Positions 1 to 11,833 of a stretch of 64,000 nucleotides of DNA are shown here, in pieces (position 1 is the stretch's first letter; each line of letters opens with the position of its first letter). Made by a program: the position numbers and the translations under genes. Origin of the DNA: Ascidiella aspersa (taxonomy: Eukaryota); contig OZ004607.1 in the NCBI GenBank assembly GCA_963924565.1, positions 8,618,001 through 8,682,000 on the forward strand, in the 5' to 3' direction. The notes under the pieces are model-generated. The model was not told the DNA's origin. It saw only the letters and a list, made by a program, of their open reading frames with translations, and searched no databases.

Positions 1-250
1 TGGGCGAGCGTGGGGCGGCACCTTGGCTATGTAATTTTTTTCCAGGGTGTTCTGGGCGGCGCAGCGCACCTGCTGACCCGCTGTATCGCGTTGCAGACCT
101 CTCCAGATGTCGCCCGTCTAAGCAGGACGTCGCCGATATTGGGCAGCGTCTGGCTTGCGAACGACTTGCTGCTATACTACGCTCTAGGGTCGCTGCAGAG
201 GTCGTTGGGCGATGCGGCCAATTCGCAAAAGGGCGTTTTTTCTGACCCTG
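1..250 (-). CDS. Probable internal exon of an unidentified minus-strand gene (runs off the window edge)
   Basis: GC-rich island in AT-rich DNA. One minus frame is open throughout (GQKKRPFANWPHRPTTSAATLERS...HSQGAAPRSP) behind candidate AG acceptors near 249-253. No recognisable domain. Confidence 0.35.
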
Positions 251-1832
251 CCTTTATAGATGTATCTTTGGTAAACTTTGCGAGTATGGGGAGTCTACGT
301 TTTTTAAAGTAGTTTTGACGGCAACTTTGGGGTTGCCACTAAACTTATAGGAAAAAATTCAACGCCATTTTAAAGCGTTAATTGGTTTGCCCAATGTTTA
401 TTTAGCATGATTCGAAGATAAAACAGGATATATGCTATGGACAACACACGAAAAAAACAGTTTGAAAATTGTTTATTTCACACATAATTTAAAGCTGCAC
501 ATAGAGTAAATTCAAAGACTGTTCTAACAATTTTGGACATAACGTGTTTCAAAGACTTTTCAATGCTTAAATCATTTGAAAGACATTTAAAGACTTCGTG
601 GCAACCCTGAACTTACGACCAAATGTTCTCCGTTTTAGGTTAAGAAAACTAAACTAAGCGATTTGGTGTCGGGTCAACCAAAACTATATTTATTGCAAAT
701 AAGTTTATTTTTTATCAGACTCTGAATCGTTAACTCCAGGCCATATTGGTTGGGAATTAAAGATAAATTTCAAAAGGCATACAGAAATATGTCACATTGT
801 CCCCGTTGAATTAAAAAAGCATACTTATTCAAAACGTTCACACAATGTCATATATTTCTCTTGCAACTTTGATTTATCATGGAGCACTTAAACTCTTGGC
901 CACCCACCCATAAAAAAGTTTAGCCTGAAAAGCCCACACTAATTTGCAAATGAATCTCGCTCGCTCCGATTTCATGACGCAATCAAATCCAAAACACATC
1001 ACTAACTTGTTCTGAATGCAAAACGCGTATTACCGAGATTGTCATAAATATATTTTGCGAGGTGAATGGATACACGAGACTTGAAAACACTGCACTTCAA
1101 CCAGGCGCACTCGCTTTGTGGAAAGTAAACAGAACCGCAATCAATAACCGCTTAGTAACGCATTCCGACTCAAATTCGTTCAACGCAAAACGGGTTACTC
1201 TATTAGGCACTAGGCAGGTCTGTTAAGCTTGTTACTCCACTTTCACCTTAAAAACGCGGAGCACTAATCCGAAAGCATTCGAAAACAAAAACTGGATTAT
1301 TCCGTTCCGAAAGCGAAATCAATCACCCGCTAACCAGCAGCTTCCCACTTTAGGCTAAGAGTCGATTTCGGCGAGAAAAAGCCATATTACAGGGCCGGTC
1401 TTAAAGCCTGGTTTCCTCTTTTTTGCGATTTAGGCCGTTTTTGTGCTGAAACGGCAGTCTCAGCTGCCAATTTTTTAGTAACTCTGTTTTCATCCAATGT
1501 TTGGCCTATTAAGAGCATACTGCTGTTAAACTTAGCTATTTTTTGGCCTTTTATAGGCAAACGGCTACCAAGCCTTTTTTAAACCTGTTCTCAGCTGATT
1601 TTTGTCTAGTAAAATGACAAGAGCAAAAACGACCAGTAGTGCTTTCATATCAGCCTAATAAAAAGACGGGCGCGTTTTAAAGCGGACTTTTTCCAACTGG
1701 CCAATTAAAAGCAAAACGAAACTAGAGAGTTGCTCCAAAGAGGCGAAAGAAAAATGTCGGCGGTCGGGTTTCGTAGGTGCCAAGCTGCCAAATTGTCAAA
1801 TCCCCGTGAGTCCCGAACTCGACATGCCTCGG

Positions 1833-1857
1833 GTGACCTTGAGCGGCCCAAGGTCAC
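1833..1857. promoter_or_regulatory. Inverted pair of extended nuclear-receptor half-sites (NR5A/ERR-type YCAAGGTCA)
   Basis: GTGACCTTG-agcggcc-CAAGGTCAC: a perfect 9-bp inverted repeat with TCAAGGTCA on minus and CCAAGGTCA on plus. Confidence 0.35.
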
Positions 1858-3154
1858 GCCACTTGCGGTTCGGGTTTCAGGACTTCTAAATTTCTTGAAG
1901 TCCGTTGGGTTAGGGTTGGGCCGAGAACCAACGGTTTTTTACTCTTTTTTTAGGGTTGAAAAGGAAATGGCGTAATTATAGCGCAGGAGCACGCTTTTTT
2001 CGGAACAAAGCTCTCCGGTGTCGAGCAAAACTATTTTTTTGGCAAGTTTCAAATCACCCGACTGCATTCCTGTCCGTTTCCGCAAAAGGTGTTTGGGGCA
2101 GAACTTTCACAAAACCCAGCCTATGACGTAATCGGGTGAAGCGCGCAGCCAGCAAGGTAATTTTACAACGAAATGATATGAGGGCACAGTGTGTTAAATT
2201 ACCCCTCTAAAAAGAAATTTTACTAAGCTATGATATTTAAGATTATGATAGCATATAAACAATATGTCTGTCATAGGAATAACTATAACAGTTTGGAAAT
2301 ATATTCTACCGAATCTGCGGCTTATTGGCAATCGTCGCAATTTGAATGTGTTCGATTTGAGTCAAAAATTGTTGAAAAACTTGAAGGACCAAAAATATTT
2401 GGCGCTACGGGGTTTAAAACAGTGTCCTTTCAAGCAGTCAGACAAAGCCTTAAACTCATTTGAACTCTCATGGAAAAGAAAGTCAGAAAGTTGCGTTTCG
2501 CGGCGCCCTTAAATTGCCTTTTCCGCTGAAACCGCGGGAAGTTTTGCTCGTCGGAAGTCGTACGCCCTCGTTTTAAAAACTCCCTTTCAGGCGGCAAAAA
2601 ATCGATACATTGCAGAGTTGCACCAAAACTCTGGTCAGTTCGTTTGAACTCGGCTCGCTCCACTCATAAAGATAGGACACATAATCTTTAACTTCACCTT
2701 TTCGACGAATCTTGTCAATTTTGCTGCAACTGATTTTACAAATCGGTAAAAGGACACAGACAGCTGTTGTTCATTCAGTTTTGGCGCAAATTGCGAGAAA
2801 AAATATTTCCGAGAATGTGACAGCCTAATTCCCACGCAGACACACCACACACAATCACACATGCAGATAAATACACAGACAGTCGAAAAAGGCCGTGTCC
2901 GGGCTTCTGAAAAGCAGTGGCGAAATGACACGCTGTCATCAACGCCGTCGACTATTTAATTATCGGCGAAATTGGTGTGCCGGAGTGCCGGTGCTGCCAT
3001 GCGCCCTGAGACCGCCACCAATGGTTTCCAGTCGCGTCGCCCTTCGCTGCTAGATTCGCGACATTGCGCCAACTGGGGGGAGAGGGCTGGGGGAGGGTTA
3101 ACAGGAAAACAGAGTCAGACAACGGCGAGTTTAGGCTCTCCCATCTAGGTACGC

Positions 3155-3510
3155 CTACTTTCTTTCTTTTTTTGGAAGTTTATCTCTTTATTCTTTTCTT
3201 TTTATCTAAGCGAGTCTCTTACATCTCTTTTAGAAAAAATCTTCTGTATTTATTGTCTTTTCTTTTTTTATTTAAACAATATCTCTGTATTCTCTCTTCG
3301 TTTTTTTCTTTAAGCAATACATTCGCTTTTCTTCATTTATTTAAAATAATCTATCGGTATTCTCTTTTCTTTATTTTTTTAAAACAATCTTACTATAAAC
3401 TCCTTTCTTTATTTACTGAAAGCAATCTATCCATATTCTCTATTCTTTATTTATTTAACCGGGTCTCTCTTTATTATTTTCCTTTTTTCTTTGTATCTCT
3501 TTTTATTATG
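3155..3510. repeat. Pyrimidine-rich degenerate minisatellite / low-complexity tract
   Basis: Repeated variants of TTCTTTATTTATTTAAACAATCTCT with a roughly 30-35 bp period. Confidence 0.6.
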
Positions 3511-5324
3511 GTTTCGAAGTATACAGAATACAGATGTGCAACAACAAACGCTGGCGTTTAACTGAGTAATATCCTCTTGGAGGGCAGAACAAGCCGACGG
3601 CTAGTCTGGGGAATCCATCCAACATGGGTGACTACGCCGCGCTGGAGGGACACATCAACGGAGATGATGTCATAGACTGGCTACCTCTGCGACCCATGGG
3701 GCCAACAATTGGCAGAAACAGGCCGTAGATTTAAAAAACTAAGCAAAAAAGTTAAAACGGCGACAAAAAAATGTCAGGGCAGGCGACCGTTTTTGGCCGA
3801 ACAGGAAACGGCGGCTTTGCTAATAGAGTGAAAATGGACAGAAGGAGTTGCAATGCGGCGTGCGGCGAAATCGTACGCGACAAACGCCAAAAAGACAGGA
3901 CACAGTTGGCGAGACGTCGCAAAAACTTAGACCAAATAAAACATTTCGACAATCTCGAGAACCTTCAGGAGCCCCAAGGAGACATAGGTCTAGTGTCGAC
4001 TCGAAAGCTATTAACAATACGAGTCAGAGATGATCTCACCATAATTATTCAATGACCATTAAAGCTGCTGTCTACAGCTAAGCCGCCAGACAAAACGGAA
4101 GAAAAAAAGTAAGGCGGTTTTGATCTGACACCAAAATAAAACTGCGACCTGTGGGTCATTCGACCGGCCGATATGGCTACAAAATGTTAAGAGTTTTAAA
4201 CTTTTTTTAAAAAAAAGTCGCATGCACGCAAATAGTTAAACATACTTAATGGCGTGTTTACACTTCGGATTTACAGTGCTACAAATACCTGCGGAGATAT
4301 AAAACAGTCTTTATATGGGCAAACTACGATTGATGCGGTTATCGAGGTAGATTTACAATCAGCACGCCAGGACCATTCAAGCTGTGCCCTTCCACCAAGT
4401 CAAAAAATGACTTTGAATAGCCTCGCCCTCTTTAAATAGCCTCGACGAATTAAAAATTATATGGTTTTAAGCGAGCTGAGCCGAAAATCAACGACAAACT
4501 TTCCGCACTTAAAAAACTTGAAAAAAACTCGCCGAAGTTCGACCTGCCATCTATCTGTGAAAACGGCAGAAAAGCATTACGTAACTACTGCGGTGGGCTC
4601 CGACTCCCACCCGAACAACTGCAACAAACTCAAATAACGCACTCGTTACGGGTCGAGCGGGCGCCGTCGTCTCGCTCCGACGCCAACTCTCACATTCCCG
4701 AGTCGCCTTTCGACCGACGCAAGCGCACACACACAATTTCGCACACGCGCGACCTTTGACCCGCGAGCACACGTGACCGGCCGCCAGTCAAGTGTGTCTC
4801 GTCAGACACAGGAAGCCAGGCGAGAAGGCAGAAAGGTAGGAGAGAGGAAATCGAAGCTATGTCTGATCGCGCGCGAGCGTTCTCTTCGTATTGAAGGAGC
4901 TAGAGCCCCGCGCGGCATTTTATTCTCACGCCGGGCCGTGCTGTTTTGGCTGGTGCGCCGCGTCGGACCGGGTGGCAGGCGCGTTGGCCAGGTATTGGCG
5001 GCCTGGCTCTTTTACCAGCCGCTAAAATGGAGTACTTTTCACCCCTCTTAATTTACAAATCGCAAAATATTTTTTCGACATGTTAATTTTTTTACTTAAA
5101 TTATTTTTTCCTTCCACACTTTGAAAGCTAAATTGGCGATTTAAGAGGTTAACAAATAGGGATGGCTGTTTTGAGAAGCGGCCTGGTCTCTTAGTGGTAA
5201 GGCGAACAGGGCGAGCGATGTTTTCCTTGTCGGTTTACAATGCGCAAATAGATACAATCTCTCCGTGCTTTGGTGGGCGGTCGTTGTCCTGGGACGCCAC
5301 GCAAACCGGTTCTACGCACACCTT

Positions 5325-5740
5325 GTCACAATACTCGCAAATGCGAAATAAAATCGATATTTTTTTGAATTTTTGTAATACTCGCGAGTAGGAATAGAAC
5401 AACATATAAAAATCGATTTTTTTGTAAATTCTTACAATATCTTCAATCGCGATTAGAAAGTACCATACAAATCTCGTTATGTTTTGATTGTTACAATTGT
5501 CAGCATTGCGAGTAAAACGAAAGATAAACATCAATATTTTGTAATTATTCTTGTAAAACTCGCAATTGCGAATACAACGGAATATAAAAATCGATATTTT
5601 TGACAAATAGTCGCAACTCAATACTTGACAACTAGTAGGATCACAGCCTCACAAAGGATCTAAAATCAATATTTTTTTCTTATTATAACTGCGGACACAA
5701 ATAGCGGGAAAATGGCCAATCGATATTTTTTAAAGTTTGT
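5325..5740. repeat. Dispersed degenerate repeats (AAAATCGATATTTTT and ACTCGCAA motifs), probably transposon subterminal repeats
   Basis: AAAATCGATATTTTT-like motif at about 5350, 5408, 5587, 5662 and 5718, with ACTCGC(A/G)A between them. Confidence 0.5.
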
Positions 5741-8700
5741 ATTGTCACAATGTAGAATTTTATCGTACTAAATTCTTTTTAACCTGACTTTCTCTACATT
5801 TTCAAAAACACTTTTTTTTCAAAAAAAAGGCAATTTTGACCACTTAGATAAATCTTGATTCAATCTGGATCCTTTTAAACTAGAAAAACTGAAAATGTTT
5901 GCTTATGGTTTGGTAAAAAGACGTAAGAAAATTAAACTAATGTTAACCAAACAAAAAGTTACTCAATTTAGTATGGACAGTTAAGATTTGTTGCTGTCAA
6001 ACTGCAACATTTGGTTTATTTGTGCGTCAAAGCATATTGTGATCTTTGCCGTTTACCCGTTCGCTTGTTGGTGTTTGCAAGATAACAGAACGTGTTGGAC
6101 ACTTGTTATCACAAAGCAATAAGTGAATACCGATATTGCATATCATTAGTGGTTTGAGTTACCCACTGGCGGTCGCAAATGACTACATTCCTTGTTTTGC
6201 GTATCATTCTTTTGCAGGCATATTTTGCACTTCAGATACAACCAGTAATAAATGTTCCAATTATAAACAGTTAAATAATAAACTCCAACATAAGCAAATA
6301 GCATAGGGGAAACGTTTTGAATTCCAAACTGTTGATTTTCTCTCTTATATGAACAACCTTTGTTTAACAGGAATATCTAACTACAGTTATGTTCGTATTC
6401 CTCTACTACAAAAACGGAGGCCCCATATAATGTAGCTTTATACCTAAATTCACAAACGTATCGACAAAACCTCACTAAAAAATAAAACTACGACGGTTTA
6501 TTTATTGGAACTTTTCTTCCGCTACAAATTGTCTTTTTATAGTTCATATTTCCTTGTTTTTCGACCGTCCTCAATTGTATTCCATGTATTGTGAAAAAAA
6601 AACACAACATGTGACGTCTATAGTCGGTCTTTGTTAAACAGAAACCAGCTTTGAGCTTTGGTCGACCATCAAAACCCAGGCAAAATTTGCTAGTTTCGTG
6701 GGCCTGTTTTAAGACCGGGCCACTATAACCGCCGTTGTGCGTGGGTGGAAAGATGGCAACGAATATATATGAGATGCAAGGCCACACTACTTCGGAGTGA
6801 GAACGGCAATAGATGGGATTCAAGAACAGGAGTGCCAATTAGGCTGGCCTGCGGCTTCCCTGCGACAATACAGGGGCACAATGGATGCCAAGCGCAGCAA
6901 AAAGAGAGTGATTTTAACTGGGTATGGAGAATCACACAGATCCTTTTGTCAGACGGAAAGATCACCCATGCCACTTTTGGGTTTGCTTAGCCCCCCTAAG
7001 TGCATTGTGCAATCCTTGCAAGTTAAGTTTGCAATAACTTCAAAGGTGATTCTCAGGTAACATATTAGTTCATTTTATATGTGACTGTTTGTACAGCAAA
7101 TAATCTTCTATCACTGATAAATGTGGGAAGCTGGGGCAAACAACACTTGAACAATTCAAAATACATTCAAGGGGTCTCTTTTAAAAGAACTATTGAAGGT
7201 TGCACTGTTGTACAAATACTCATCAACATTAAGAAACTATAAATTGAATTAATCTCAATAAAATGCAGCACTCAGTGACAGAGGTTTTAAAGAAGCATTT
7301 TGACACCTTGCAAAGGGAAATTTTCAAGAATGAAGATCATCCAAAGATCTGAAGTAATTTGCTAGTGTAAACAAAAAGTAACATTTGTTTATTTAAACAA
7401 CTTTCAATTAGAAAAATAAGGAATATGAGAGTCCATGTGTAGTAAACAAATAAGTTGCACATCTATAAAAAAATTGTTTGTCTAATTGTAAAATGGCCAC
7501 ATTTTTTAAGAAAACAACCAAATATTAACAGTAAGATCAATGTTTAATGAGTGCAAAATGTAATACACTGAGTATACACAGTCTACATATATGTTTGTTT
7601 GATCAAGTAGTGTTTTCCAAGCTTCCAGCTCAAGACAGTGCTGCAAAAGCAATAAACCCAATAATTTACACATATTGGGTTTCATAATTGAGAAACAGGT
7701 TTTTCTTTAAAACCTATGTACCAACCATGAATCTACATTTAAATCTACTTTTAGATAAACTTAGGGGGGTTTCGAAAAAACACTAGCGAAAGATTATCCA
7801 TTTTATGTCATAAGCATTAATAAACAATATACAACCATAATGGGTGAATAGGAATAAGCTTAGGATTTAAATATTAGACCAATTTGCATTCTACAAACAC
7901 TAACATATGTTTAATTTTTGTTCAGTGGCAAATCAACAAACAATGCCCAGACCAAGTAGGCTTTAACTTAACCCTGAGATTATGTTTTGCCTAGTTCTAT
8001 AAACACTTTTTTGTTAAGACATTTTATCCATACAATTAATTTAATAGTTTAAAACTTACAAAACAAAAATATGGCTACTTTGCCTTCATCAGTTCTTTTG
8101 AGTGACCCAATCTTAAATCAACAGTCTAAGTAAAACACAGTAATCCTTAAAATTCCATATAAATTAACTCAAGATTACTTTTCTATAAGATAATTATACA
8201 AGCTAGTTCTTCCTATCAATCTTAATTTTTTGAGCAGTTTTGTATATATACTTTTTTCTCAGTTACTTAAACTTTAATCAACACTTTACATAAATCACAC
8301 TTACAGTTATGATTGTAAATTAACTTATGACAACTTCTTATAAAAAATATAGCACAAAAAATTATAATTGTTCCAAACTTATTGATTAGTATCCAATTAA
8401 AAATAGTCATAGAAATATTTTTGCATGAAAATATTATTGCACAAACCTGTTAATCTCAGCTTCATAATTCCTCCTCCCCTCGAAGTTGAAGAAGATGACA
8501 TTTTGTCTGCAACAAGAATACAATTTAAATAACTGTTGGTTAGGGACAGAAATGCAACATGTTGTATTGCCCCGATGCCAAATTTACAAGTTAGCAATCG
8601 CTTTGCAATTCGTTTTTGTAAAGAACAAAAGATATTAGTGGAACTAAAAATCAAAACTTTACTTCATTCGATTTTTTCACAATCATATTCGAATGAATCA

Positions 8701-10697
8701 ATTATTTTAGACAGTTTTTTAATGCATTTACAAATGTTAAAAGCTTGGTATTATGCATAAATTTCTATTAAAGCAAACTCTTTTGTACAGTAAATATATT
8801 TCGTTTGCGGTAGCAATTTCATACCAATGCTTAAAATACAAAAAAATACCTTTTTTAATCACAGATAGTAGAAAGAAACAAAATTTAAAACATTTTATAA
8901 ATTATTTAATACACCTTAGTCCTGCAGATAACATGCACTATATCTACATTAATTTGTTCAATTTAATGACTCCAAGTTTAACTACAACTCAAAAAGTCCC
9001 AGTTAAGTTATTATTAGAGCAAGTCAACTTAAAGTTATGAGATTCACATAAAAAAATCTTTAAACTAATAAAGTTGGTAAACTTGTCCGATTATGAGCAA
9101 TAACTCAACTAAAAATAATACAAACGCAATATGCAGCATGAAAATAGTTTTACGTACAATAATTAAGACAAATAACCCATTTTACACTTAAATTATCACA
9201 ACACTGGAAATTTTTTTAATAGATTTAATAGAACTATTTACTTTGCTGATTTTAGGACTTCATTTATCCATAGATTTCCAACTCACATATTTATTACAAT
9301 GTTCAAGTAAAAGGCTAAAGTAAAACACAAAAAAATACATATGAAATATTCCTCTGATTTTGCGTGCACAGCCAAATTTAGAAAGTTGCATACTAAAATT
9401 TCATAAAAAGGGGGAATTGTAAAAGGATTTATAACCTGTGTGCGAAAACCATGATTGCACATTGACACAGCTCGAAATTTGTGCAGCACATTTGTAAGCT
9501 CGGCGCAAAATGCCATGAAAAGAAGGCTGGCCACGAAAGGTGTTTATCTTGGAGAAAAAAAAGATTCCTTTTGGGGATGATTCAAAATATGCAAATGTGA
9601 AATACCACAAAACTATTAAAGTTGGTGATCATACTATATTTATAGGCATTCTCATTTCTAAATAACAACTAGTCAATAATGTGCAGCGCCTTTTTCACAA
9701 TAAAAACACTGATAGTTTGGCTAATACCATTACATAAAAACCTTTCTTACCCTTTCTTGGCAATTAACCTGTTTACAATACATTTAGTCATATGACTTAA
9801 AATGCATTGGTTATTTAACATTCACTTAATCTGGAGGGAACTGTATGTGTTTGACCAATATGTTTACCACTCTTTATTAAGACACTTATTGTTTTTAAAA
9901 ACCTAACTTTAATTACGACTTATACCACATGAAACCTGTATTTGGCAAAAAAAAACTCAACCCCAAATCAATGAATTATTTGATAACTTTATAAATCGAC
10001 CCCTCTTTGAGACTACGTTTAAGCTAAACTAAAATTTGTTTATTTAATATTATGTTAAAACTGTGAAACATGTACAAATTAAGTTACTTAATATTGAGCG
10101 AAATTATCAGAAGAAACAGAAAACATTTAAAAAAAGTTTCAGAAGTTACGAAATGCTAAAGCAAGATGCATGTGATTTAATTAACAGCACATGTTTAACC
10201 AACATTAAAACATTGGTTGTTGACAGTAGTTACGCTTCAACTTCACGCCATTTTTCCTTTTAAACTTACAAACCCTTCTTTCTTTGATTTACTGACGTTG
10301 CAATAGCAGTTTCCTAACACTTCAAACTCACAAAAAAACAAACAAGCATTGCATAAAAACCTAAATTATATATAAGGCGCCCCCTATCGACAAAGGTTTG
10401 TTATAAGGGTAGACGTGCTCTATGGTAGGCTACAATTTTTAAAACCCAAATATTGACAAAAAAGGCATGAAATGCTAAAAACAACGAATAAAAATGACAG
10501 AAAACAATAAACAATGTTTGTTTCAAATATTGTAATTCAGTGGGCTTCAACCTTTTTAATAAACGACCCCAATTTAAATAAAATTTAATTAGAATTTACC
10601 AAAGTCCATAGACATGATTTCTATAGAGACTTTGGAATTTAAAATACGACCCCATTTTGTTTTCATATATAAATAAATATATTTCAAAAAATGTTGG

Positions 10698-11066
10698 TGT
10701 AGCATTTAGCCTACTTTTACGTCACTATACACGTGACCATTGTCCACTGACGTGTGACCGCCGCACCTAGCGAATTGCTTTTCCGCATTTGACAATTGAT
10801 TCTACTTTATACGTCTTACTGATTAGCGGCTTGAATCACCGCTCTGTTTATCGCTGTATTTCTGAGATTTGTGAATATACTCTAAGAGCAACTATCTACT
10901 GAGTGGATTGTCTTTGCTTAGAGTACAAGAAGTTAAGGACAGGTATTCTAGCGGCCTGCTCCTTTGGAGTCGGATTAAGAACTTGTAAGAGACTTAGGCA
11001 GCCGTCGGTCCTCGTCTGTAGGGTCAGCAGCCTTCCTATAGCTCCCTACGACCCCTCAACGCTTCA
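10698..11066 (+). repeat. 5' LTR (369 bp)
   Basis: TGTAGCATTT...ACGCTTCA. Identical to 17928-18296 except T11009 versus C18239. Confidence 0.98.
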
Positions 11067-11067
11067 C

Positions 11068-11077
11068 TGGTGACCCC
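11068..11077 (+). other. Primer-binding site complementary to the tRNA-Trp 3' end
   Basis: TGGTGACCCC lies 1 nt after the LTR and is the reverse complement of the ...GGGGUCA-CCA end of eukaryotic tRNA-Trp. Confidence 0.85.
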
Positions 11078-11833
11078 CTTGTTCTTCGGAAGATATCTGA
11101 AGACAGAACATTGCAATCAAAAGCAGGCAAGTCTCAGAAAAAACGGACTAAAAATCTCGACAATTAGAGAGACGACAGTCAATCGTCTCTCCCCGAAGAA
11201 GATACATCGCCCTTTCAACGGCCTCCGGGAAGACCCTCTCGGACGAACAGCCCAGGATTCCTTCACATCCCCCGCACCGGCAGCGTGCGACCTTAAAGAC
11301 GACCTAGCGTCAAAGGATTATTTTGGAGGAACGGAACCGGCTTCGTGTACGACCTTGTCCCCAGGGAACTTCAGAAGGACGTGCGATTTTCTTCACGTCA
11401 CAACTATAAAATCAGTAAGATAGACAAGGGATTTTCGTTCGAAAATAACTGATAGTTCGCTTGTCGAATTTTCAAATAAGAATCGTCGAATTTTCCTGCA
11501 AAATAATTGTGTAAATTTATCGCATAATTTGCATTAATAAGTTTACGCCCATTGAATGTTGTGTGTTGTGCTGAATGACTGTTGGATTGGCATTTTTATA
11601 TTTCGAGTAAACTGCTTAATATAAAGCGCTTAACCGTAACGGCAGGCACAGCGAACGTTGGCTAACACCAAAATAGCTTCCGGTTCTCACGCTCTAAACC
11701 GCGCTTAACTGAGACCGACGTAAAAGCTTGTTTACGCTCTAGCTAACTGAGAAGACCTCTGTTTTCTGTCAGAAATCGAACTCGAACCAATAAACCTTAC
11801 TAACCCCTCCCCCCTACTAACCACACAAACAAA

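Noticed and set aside
3064-3561. 165-aa hydrophobic membrane-protein ORF
   Set aside because: It is a translation of a T-rich low-complexity tract with a non-ATG start.
1390-6724. Single 5.3-kb DNA transposon bounded by CAGGGCCGGTCTTAA / TTAAGACCGGGCCAC
   Set aside because: The match is short, there is no TSD and the interior is heterogeneous. They are more likely ends of unrelated MITE remnants.
11070-11423. Accessory ORF in the retrotransposon leader
   Set aside because: It starts at a GTG inside the PBS, has no ATG and shows no recognisable motif, so it cannot be supported without other copies.
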